From: Promethearchaeota archaeon
GTDB taxonomy: Archaea; Asgardarchaeota; Lokiarchaeia; Sigyniarchaeales; SOKP01
Reading direction: 5' to 3'
Assembly (NCBI GenBank): GCA_011364975.1
Contig: RDOE01000037.1
Location: 1 to 33,247 of the forward strand
DNA: 33,247 nucleotides
Part shown: piece after piece, positions 26,901 through 33,247 of the stretch
How positions within the stretch are numbered: position 1 is the first letter of the stretch
How the letters are laid out: every line of letters starts with the position of its first letter
Position numbers and translations under genes: made by a program
The notes under the pieces: generated by a model
The model's input: the letters and a program-made list of their open reading frames with translations, nothing else
What the model was told of the DNA's origin: nothing
The model's database searches: none

Positions 26901-27612
26901 GGTACTTAAAAGGTTTAGAAGCGCATTAGAATTTGAAGAACAAATCGGTAATTTAACCAATCAAGCGACTTTAATAAGAAAAATAGGGGAGATTTATCAC
27001 AGACAGGGATTATATCCCGAAGCTTTAAGATGGTACGAAGATGCCTATAAATTATTCGATCAAATTGAAAATTTAGAAGGCAACGCAGACTGTTTTGAAA
27101 GTATTGGAATTATTTATCAAGATTTAAATAATCATTCTGAAGCTCTCAAGTGGTATAGTGAAGCACTTAAACTTTCGGAACAAATCTACGATGAAGATAG
27201 AAAAGCAAGAGTTCTTTGCAAAATTGCTTCCATTTATCATGAACAAGGAATATATAAAGATGCATTTAAACGCTATAATAGTGCTTTAGATATTTTTGAT
27301 AAAAGAGGTGATTTAATCGGTAAAACCTATTGTTTAAATCAAGTAGGATTAGTTTATCAAGAGCGGGGAGAATTTGACGAAGCTTTAAAATGGTATGAAC
27401 GAGGAACAAAAATATTTAAAGTATTAGGCTCATCCAAGGAAAAAGCAGATAATCTTTACAATACTGCTCTTATCTACCGAGATCAGAGTAAATTTATTGA
27501 AGCCTTAAAAACCTTTGAAGAGGTTATGAAAATTGATGAAGAATTAAATAATCATATAAGGAAGGCTGAATCTTTAAATAACATTGGACTCATATATCTC
27601 GATGAAGACTGA
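23905..27612 (+). CDS. SIR2-like (SIR2_2) domain fused to a long 40-aa-period TPR array; frameshifted near the 3' end
   Basis: FLVGAGSS (~23998), TTNFD (24262-24276), YKIHS (His at 24415), IIGYSGKHDFD; then more than 20 repeats of the type A/SLNxIGxIYxxQGxYxEALKxYExALxI. Confidence 0.88.
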   Translation: MVRIRVSSIKNSSNFNIDELFENNENLTFLVGAGSSTSSPSLLPSTNNIVNALITYFCPPSEKEKILQIKSLRFENLIEIIHESINDNFKFLDFYFDNDRPNLEHYTIAEMLNKGSFVLTTNFDSLLEQALLNLDIARKKIIPVITEKDYERYNDPLKLFKAGKIPIYKIHSSPKNLITGEDTRESFINTLKLIGKNKSMNNIIQLEPYKAQLLNNITNNRTLIIIGYSGKHDFDFLSTLKTMKTLKNLIWINHISNGEMEEGLYEFEAKKVKTKEKLDELDSVLAEIKRFNDFIRIFRYDTNTIKFLEEKFEQKEIVSTEQPFLDLMGWLKENVAEPNDLTKLLLSSKIYIQSNAYSDAFRLLDKIYRMAEDSGDTEWKSLSLMYMGLINFERSNLNEALDWFQKSLQFQLKIKKFPKRVLIFKYIGMIYQLQKKYNDALKFLELAVKENEKYKNYEEKSNLYQLIGKNYQFQNKHEEALKYFDAALRLDEKLFRLFDEALNYKQVGKVYYSKKNYSEALKNYQLALNIVEKLDNLEEKAEILNILGHIFHETGDSLRGLEKCNEALNFYNKIQNMEGKLNSLNFIGIIYRDQWNYPRALEFFEEGFQLAEELQNNEQKAIYSFQIGIIYHNQDKNFEALKWFEDSLHLFDELGNFEGKVNSLREIGNIFQSQKAFVKALKRFEQALEIYEQVEDTNNKASILNQIGQIFLEQRKFPEALRNFEASFQIFSENDNLKGSADSLKSIGNFYYEQANFKEAMNRYSDALVIANELGLNEMKADLKNKIGSIYQDQGEYPTALQNFEEAYDLFTEENNMEGKIDSLLFIGLNYHYTGNDEDGLKKFEEAIQIAEQIGNLHKKAQSLNIIGNIYREQWNLVESLRRYEEALVIADQMGHLEEQVHILNIIGKIYQSQKHYPESIRRFHQAIDVAETLGNLEVKADIYSSIGDIFYDEENYTEALKWYEEALKIDEQLGDLKGRARRLLLIGNVFLEHNKFDEVLKRFRSALEFEEQIGNLTNQATLIRKIGEIYHRQGLYPEALRWYEDAYKLFDQIENLEGNADCFESIGIIYQDLNNHSEALKWYSEALKLSEQIYDEDRKARVLCKIASIYHEQGIYKDAFKRYNSALDIFDKRGDLIGKTYCLNQVGLVYQERGEFDEALKWYERGTKIFKVLGSSKEKADNLYNTALIYRDQSKFIEALKTFEEVMKIDEELNNHIRKAESLNNIGLIYLDED

Positions 27613-27847
27613 TGCCTGGAAAAGGTGTAATGAAGCATTAAAAATCTATGAGGATTTGAACAATCATGAAGGAATCGCAGATAGTAAATATAAACTTGGA
27701 TTGACTTATTTAGAACAAAAAAGTTATGCTGAAGCTTTAAAGCATCACGAAGAAGCTCTTACTATTTTAAATGAGAATGGTTTAGGCAAAATACCTCTGA
27801 GTAAAGTTCTGAAAAGCAATATAAAACTAATAAAAAGCAAAATCTAA
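27608..27847 (+). pseudogene. Out-of-frame continuation (last ~1.5 TPR plus cap) of the SIR2-TPR gene
   Basis: TDAWKRCNEALKIYEDLNNHEGIADSKYKLGLTYLEQKSYAEALKHHEEAL continues the repeat broken at NIGLIYLDE. Confidence 0.75.
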
Positions 27848-27882
27848 TTACCTTAATATTATATTAATTTTTTCTTATTTCC

Positions 27883-28722
27883 TTATGTGTGAATAACTAT
27901 TTCTAAACTAGATCTTTTTTCCATTTCTATTTTTTCATATCTATTAATTAACCAAGGCAATACTTTATCATAAAGAATATACAAATAGGGGGCTCCCTGA
28001 TTAAAGAGAATTATTATTTCATATAGTAAAAATTCAATTCCAGTTGGGCGGATTCCCGTAATGAATAAAGGAAATTCCATAAAAAAAGATTCCAAGCATC
28101 CAATTATAAAAATAAAATAAATTATACGAATATTTTTGCTTTTAAGTCTTTTTGTCCCATAAATAATAATTAATGTTAGATATCCTATTATCACATTTAC
28201 AATCCAGAGAATAAATTGCGAAGACATGTGGCGCACAGTCACTACTGGTGTATCATTAAGGGGAATCCAGAAAGAAAGGAATGGAATAAATATCCATGAT
28301 ATAAAAAATAATGATGTGAATAAAGTCACTTCTTTGTAATCCTTTTTTTTAAAATTTTCAAATACTATCCATAACCAACCAAACGCGAACATTGCATATG
28401 AAAAAGTCATCATAAAATCTGCGCCAAATTTTAACCAAAAATAATCTCCTAAAGGGCGAGGAATATACACACCACCTATCCAATATTCCCGTATATATGT
28501 TCCAGGAGGATATGTGGAATTTACAAGTATATTAAACCACGCTATAGCGTCAATAATATATACACATATCCCGGTAAAGATGCCAAAGTAAAGTGCAGCC
28601 CATTTCTTTTTTTTTATTAAAAAGCCTACCCATATTGATAGAAATAGCGCATCAAAGTAAATATAGTCATATTGAAAGAATCGCCATGCTTCTTTAAAAG
28701 AATCAATTACTTCATATAGCAA
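27883..28722 (-). CDS. Integral membrane protein (about 7 TM), unknown function
   Basis: 279-aa ORF with repeated hydrophobic segments and polar intramembrane residues (D, E, NQG). Confidence 0.75.
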   Translation of the reverse strand: MLYEVIDSFKEAWRFFQYDYIYFDALFLSIWVGFLIKKKKWAALYFGIFTGICVYIIDAIAWFNILVNSTYPPGTYIREYWIGGVYIPRPLGDYFWLKFGADFMMTFSYAMFAFGWLWIVFENFKKKDYKEVTLFTSLFFISWIFIPFLSFWIPLNDTPVVTVRHMSSQFILWIVNVIIGYLTLIIIYGTKRLKSKNIRIIYFIFIIGCLESFFMEFPLFITGIRPTGIEFLLYEIIILFNQGAPYLYILYDKVLPWLINRYEKIEMEKRSSLEIVIHT

Positions 28723-28826
28723 TATTTTATCCCAACAGCTGAGTCAACTTAATATTGAATACGTTTTTCTAAAATAAACCCCTTTTTAAAAGATATGAGA
28801 TTATTAAGAGTGTTAAAAGTAAGGAT

Positions 28827-29480
28827 TTAATATGATTCAATATATTGTTTTATATATTCTGATACACGATCTGCCGGCTTATAAATACCAAAATGCCCTT
28901 CACATAAAATATCTGCTTTAAGGTCTAAGAGCCTTTTTAGAGATTTTTGATATTCACCAAAATCGCTAACTCCGGGAATAATTGGACCATGAAGATCCTG
29001 GCCAAAGAGAATTTTAACCCCCTCTATCTCTAATAAAATACTAATTGAACCGGGGGTATGTCCTGGGGTGTGAATGCATTCAAATTGATAATTACCAAAT
29101 TTTAATATTTCTTTTTCCCCTTGTAGCTTTTTGTATAATTTAATTGGTTTATATTTTACCCCATACCACGATGCGGCTGTCTCTCTGTCATATCCTGCCT
29201 CCTCTATAGGAATCGAATCAAGTTCATGAGCATAAAATCTTAATTTTTTATTATACTCTTTAAGATCATAACACGCAGCAATATGGTCAATATGAAAATG
29301 AGTAATTATACAATGTTGAATATCTAATGGATTCAAACCAAGTTTCGCAATCTTTTTAATTAAATTAAGGGACATTCCACAATCAATTAATATTAATCCA
29401 TCACTACTTTCGGAATCTATGAGAAAGACGGAACAACCAGAGTCTCCCACATGATAAACATTTTTATATACTTTTTCCAT
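28827..29480 (-). CDS. Metallo-beta-lactamase fold hydrolase (glyoxalase II-like)
   Basis: LIDCG; THFHIDH (HxHxDH); HTPGHTPGS; FGQD; CEGH. Confidence 0.92.
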   Translation of the reverse strand: MEKVYKNVYHVGDSGCSVFLIDSESSDGLILIDCGMSLNLIKKIAKLGLNPLDIQHCIITHFHIDHIAACYDLKEYNKKLRFYAHELDSIPIEEAGYDRETAASWYGVKYKPIKLYKKLQGEKEILKFGNYQFECIHTPGHTPGSISILLEIEGVKILFGQDLHGPIIPGVSDFGEYQKSLKRLLDLKADILCEGHFGIYKPADRVSEYIKQYIESY

Positions 29481-29529
29481 ATTAGTACACCATAGTTAAA
29501 AATTCAAAATGATTTTCAATTCTTATCTC

Positions 29530-30330
29530 TTAATCGAAGTAATATTTCTTGTAGAGAAGGATAGTTATAACTGCAGCAAACCCAGTTGAGAACAGTACAT
29601 CAGATGCATAATGGGCTCCAAGAACTATTCGCGATAATCCCACAAAAAATCCCCATCCAAGTACTAATATTACAATAATTATTTTTCGGTAGTCCTTCCA
29701 TTTAAGATCTTTAACTGTAATTAAAAGCGGAAGGAACATCCATCCCATTGCGGCATGACCCGAAGGAAAGCTATAATTACCAGTTATTCCCTGTGGTATG
29801 AACCATGGAGTGAAATTGCTATAATCAAAAGCAAGATCTCTGAATCGTATCCTCCCAAAAAACAATTTAGTAAGCTGTACAAAAAGCAGTGGATTTAACA
29901 ATGCTAAGATCGAAATAATTGCGGAAATTGAACGATAACTTTTCCAATCTTTATTCCACGTGACAATTATAAATACGGTTATTGGTATTATTAAACAGAT
30001 CCCTGATAAGATGTCGGTTTCATTTGTATCGATAATTCCATATAATAAATAGATGATTCCACTTACGATTGATAAATAACCTGGAATTTTCTGTTTCTTC
30101 AAATCCTTAATATATCCTCCTATTAATATAGCTAATCCTATTGAAATTAACCCATAACCTGGAGGTTCACCATATTTAGCTCCGAAATCACCCCAAAGAG
30201 AATTCTCATCGACAAAACTGATAGAAATCTGTAAATCGAAAATTCCAAAGAAAAGTGCTAAAATAATCCAAAGAACAAGAATAATTAAAAATAGGTAACC
30301 TACTTGAGTTCTGAAGAAATTTAGTTTCAT
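29530..30330 (-). CDS. PAP2-family membrane phosphatase
   Basis: C1-like KLFFGRIRFR; C2 SFPSGH; C3 SRIVLGAHYASD; multiple TM segments. Confidence 0.92.
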   Translation of the reverse strand: MKLNFFRTQVGYLFLIILVLWIILALFFGIFDLQISISFVDENSLWGDFGAKYGEPPGYGLISIGLAILIGGYIKDLKKQKIPGYLSIVSGIIYLLYGIIDTNETDILSGICLIIPITVFIIVTWNKDWKSYRSISAIISILALLNPLLFVQLTKLFFGRIRFRDLAFDYSNFTPWFIPQGITGNYSFPSGHAAMGWMFLPLLITVKDLKWKDYRKIIIVILVLGWGFFVGLSRIVLGAHYASDVLFSTGFAAVITILLYKKYYFD

Positions 30331-30372
30331 ATTAATTATCTCATATGAGATACTATAAAAAACTAATTATAA

Positions 30373-31107
30373 CTAACTTGACATATGATTTACATAATTT
30401 ACAAGCAATTTTGGATAATCTGTGTAAATTGCGGCAATGGAGTGATCCTTATATTTTAGATTCAAAACCTTTATTATTCTTTTTTCTTCATTAATATCCC
30501 AGGCATAACACTCTAATTTGTTATCAATAATTATTTTAAAATTTTCGAAATTCACTCTCTTGCCTTTAAGATTTATGGCTTTTACTCCTAAATCTCTTAA
30601 CTTTGAAAAATTAACATTTTCATTTGTAATTTTTCTTATTGATTCATTTAATGTATGGATTAGGGCTACATTTTTATTGTAATATCTTAAAGCTTTAATA
30701 ACAATTAACTTTCGTTCGGTTATTTCTATTTTATCTAATACTTGGTAATCTAACGCTAAATTTATTAATTTTTGACCCTCCTTTTTTCCCCTTATATCAA
30801 AACTATATCTCAAATCATCCTTCTTTTCATTAAAAGCAGTAAATAGTTCTTCAACCGTAGGTATTTCTCGATTATCTCCAAATTCAATATTTTTTAATTG
30901 TTTGAGAGTCAATTCCTTGACGCTAATCCACTGCGAGTCTAACGTTATAAATGGATCATGGAAGCATACCAATATGTTATCCTTAGTTAACTGAATGTCA
31001 GTTTCTATTCCTACACCTGCTTCAACAGCCTTCTTAAAACAAGATATAGTATTTTCAATGCAATATCCCATACCGCCTCGATGACCAAAGATGTAAGGAG
31101 GATTCAT
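30373..31107 (-). CDS. Glycerophosphodiester phosphodiesterase (GDPD)
   Basis: GHRG...ENT; IETDIQLTKD...VCFHD; IPTVEEL; IYTDYP. Confidence 0.92.
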   Translation of the reverse strand: MNPPYIFGHRGGMGYCIENTISCFKKAVEAGVGIETDIQLTKDNILVCFHDPFITLDSQWISVKELTLKQLKNIEFGDNREIPTVEELFTAFNEKKDDLRYSFDIRGKKEGQKLINLALDYQVLDKIEITERKLIVIKALRYYNKNVALIHTLNESIRKITNENVNFSKLRDLGVKAINLKGKRVNFENFKIIIDNKLECYAWDINEEKRIIKVLNLKYKDHSIAAIYTDYPKLLVNYVNHMSS

Positions 31108-31221
31108 TCTAATTCATCACAATATCCTAAATTAATATTTTAAAACAAATGAAAAAATATAGTTTTTATTGAAATTTGAATTAACTATCTTACATAAAAC
31201 TCAAAAGAGATTTTAATTGAC

Positions 31222-32040
31222 ATGGAAAATGAAGAATCTCAGAATAAAGAAAAAAAACATTTTTCAGCAAAAATTAAAAATTATGTTCATAATCTTTTAG
31301 ATTTCTCTAAATTTGATAAAAAAACGATTATTTTCATAGGAATCTTTATTATATTAATAATTTTTTCAATATTCTTACTTTATTATAGTTTTTTTATTGA
31401 TACTCAGTTCCTCTATCGAATTGTGGTAGAATGGTTTGTAAATCCGATCTACTTATTAGGTTTTCTTGGTATACTGCTGTTTATTGTAATTATGGCAATT
31501 CAAGGGTTAATTGTACCTATACCTTCAGAAATAGTCTTATTAGCAACAGGGATGATTTGGGGTTTAGTTGGAGGGGGCTTTATGGGTATAATTGGATCAA
31601 TGGCCGCTGCGATGTTATGCTTTTATGTGAGTAAAAAAGGAGGAAGACAATTAGCTAAAAAGTTTGTTGGAGAGAAAGCAATTGAAATGGCAGATAATTT
31701 CATTCATAAATATGGGATATGGGCAATAATTATTGCCAGATTTCTACCTTTCATAGCATTTGACCCAATAAGTTATGCTTCGGGATTAGTTGATATGGAT
31801 GTAAAAAAATATTCAATAGGCTCCTTCATCGGTTCAATTCCCAGAGCGTTCTTTTATTCATGGTTAGGTGCATCATTAGGGATTGTCCCTCCAATCAATT
31901 TTAATGATCTTCCATATGAAGCGATCGATGCTCAAGCTAATTTATTTAATAATGTTCTTTTAATAGTTTTAGTTGTTTTGGTCGGTATTTTTATTGCTTA
32001 TTATCTTTTTAGCAAATTCTATGGAAAAAAGAATAGTTAA
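31222..32040 (+). CDS. DedA superfamily TVP38/TMEM64 (VTT domain) membrane protein
   Basis: QGLIVPIPSE...GMIWG...G; ARFLPFIAFDPISYASG; GSIPR. Confidence 0.9.
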   Translation: MENEESQNKEKKHFSAKIKNYVHNLLDFSKFDKKTIIFIGIFIILIIFSIFLLYYSFFIDTQFLYRIVVEWFVNPIYLLGFLGILLFIVIMAIQGLIVPIPSEIVLLATGMIWGLVGGGFMGIIGSMAAAMLCFYVSKKGGRQLAKKFVGEKAIEMADNFIHKYGIWAIIIARFLPFIAFDPISYASGLVDMDVKKYSIGSFIGSIPRAFFYSWLGASLGIVPPINFNDLPYEAIDAQANLFNNVLLIVLVVLVGIFIAYYLFSKFYGKKNS

Positions 32041-32336
32041 CCCTTATCATTTATCTCTTTATGGCTTCTTTATTCTTTAATTACGTTTCAAACCTTCAAA
32101 TAAAACTTTATTTACTTTAATGTTCTAATAAGATTAACTTTTATATAATTTAAGAAATTAGGAGATGTTTCCCAATTAATAAAGAGTCAATATTAAAAAT
32201 AACTAGTAAGTTAAATCTAGTTCTAGGTATACTTTGCTTTGTTTTTGAATTCTTATATTTTACTTTACCATCAAATTTTATTCTGTATGATATATTCGGA
32301 TTTATTCTTATAAGTACTTGGTTTCTTAGTATTTTC

Positions 32337-32612
32337 ATGGTGTATTTTGAAGACAAATATCTAATTAAATCTACGGAAATTGGAAAACGAATTAATAGGA
32401 ACTCATATTATTTCATAGCCAGCTTTATCATAGGAATTCTCTTAATCTTATTCGGTATAATTTTTACGACTTTTATTTTGGAGGGCTTTCTTTATATTCT
32501 TGGATATATCATGAACATTTCAGGATTTTTTCTAATATCAGGTTACATTGTCCACTTTTCTCTAATTACTTATGAAAATATTGATAAAGAGGGTGTGTGG
32601 AAATTTGAATAG
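32337..32612 (+). CDS. Small two-TM membrane protein
   Basis: 91 aa with two hydrophobic helices; its stop overlaps the start of the next gene. Confidence 0.6.
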   Translation: MVYFEDKYLIKSTEIGKRINRNSYYFIASFIIGILLILFGIIFTTFILEGFLYILGYIMNISGFFLISGYIVHFSLITYENIDKEGVWKFE

Positions 32613-33247
32613 AAAAGTGACATTAAGAATATTAAAAGTTTTCTTAAAAGGATTATGTTATGCTACTCTTCTTGTTGGTATTCTTTTTACATTAGTATTA
32701 CTTATCCCAATACGAAATGGGCTTTTCATATCAATTTCCTACTTTATAACACAGATCACCGGATTTTTAATGTTCTTCTACCTATTGACTACTATCTTAT
32801 TACTAAAACTATCTATAAGAAAAAGAACAAGAAATTGGAATAGAATTGCCATTTCTACCATCGGATTATCCCTAACTATAATTAATGCATTACCCTTAAT
32901 CATAACTCCAATAACCATCCAAACTGCGGAACAAGAATTCAATACAGCATATGGTATCGATTGGAGGGGTCAAATACCTCCTGATGTTGAATCTCATTTT
33001 TTAACATCCCAATTCAGTCTTTCTAGTTACTTTCTAGGATTTCCTCATAGGGATTGTAAAATCGAGACTGATATATTATATTATGATGCCGATGGAATTC
33101 AATTATACTTCGATGTATACTATCCTCGAGATAGTAATCGAGCTTTACCAGGTAATAATAGCATCATTATTAAAATTCATGGAGGCAGTTGGCAATTTGG
33201 GGATAAAACTCTCGGCAACGTATTAGTTTTAAATAAGTACCTTGCAG
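32605..33247 (+). CDS. Membrane-anchored alpha/beta hydrolase (HSL/Aes-like esterase), 3'-truncated by the window; not in the ORF track
   Basis: Frame 1 is open from TTG 32605 (GAGGGTG RBS at 32589-32595) to the window end. Three TM segments, then LYFDVYYP...IIIKIHGGSWQFGDK (oxyanion-hole motif). Confidence 0.82.
   Translation, partial: MNRKVTLRILKVFLKGLCYATLLVGILFTLVLLIPIRNGLFISISYFITQITGFLMFFYLLTTILLLKLSIRKRTRNWNRIAISTIGLSLTIINALPLIITPITIQTAEQEFNTAYGIDWRGQIPPDVESHFLTSQFSLSSYFLGFPHRDCKIETDILYYDADGIQLYFDVYYPRDSNRALPGNNSIIIKIHGGSWQFGDKTLGNVLVLNKYLA

Noticed and set aside
27610-27630. Selenocysteine readthrough of TGA (would give ...DED-U-CLEKV*)
   Set aside because: Readthrough adds only a few residues, whereas the TPR register clearly continues in another frame. 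A deletion frameshift explains the site better, and no SECIS was identified.
24950-27847. Possible CRISPR or DNA tandem array suggested by the 120-bp periodicity
   Set aside because: The periodicity is at protein level (TPR) with diverged codons; there are no identical repeats with spacers.
32150-32356. 68-aa minus-strand ORF
   Set aside because: Low-complexity AT-rich intergenic sequence overlapping the start of the 32337 gene; no RBS or motif seen.
32655-32843. 62-aa ORF from the track
   Set aside because: It lies out of frame inside the esterase CDS starting at 32605.

Overview
AT-rich, gene-dense archaeal-type window of about 28 CDS. It is most consistent with an Asgard (Lokiarchaeia-like) chromosome; this is an inference from the multiple Rpn11/CSN5-like JAMM proteins, a tandem Roadblock protein, PCI-like winged-helix proteins, long 40-aa TPR arrays and GGTGA/GAGGTG ribosome-binding sites. 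I saw no rRNA, tRNA, CRISPR array, transposase or integrase. From left to right it holds: the 3' part of a Cu(+) P1B ATPase (two C-terminal YHS domains and a Cys/His tail) followed by an unannotated 44-aa Cys-rich paralog of that tail; an MFS transporter; a polytopic membrane protein with a duplicated cytoplasmic domain; three JAMM/MPN proteins with helical tails, interrupted by a ThDP enzyme and a zinc-ribbon gene; a DUF6011-like Zn finger, a DUF4424-like surface protein and two paralogous membrane proteins with PCI-like tails; a ChlI/ChlD-type AAA+-vWA protein and an ATP-grasp ligase; a double-Roadblock gene and a coiled-coil gene; DUF5714 and hisJ; a large SIR2-like plus TPR protein frameshifted near its 3' end; and a lipid-handling cluster (MBL hydrolase, PAP2, GDPD, DedA/TVP38, membrane-anchored esterase running off the end). 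The best candidates for something new are the MPN/JAMM plus PCI-like neighbourhood, the SIR2-TPR protein and the paired Cys-rich mini-domains at copA. All family assignments come from motif recognition by eye; no searches were run.
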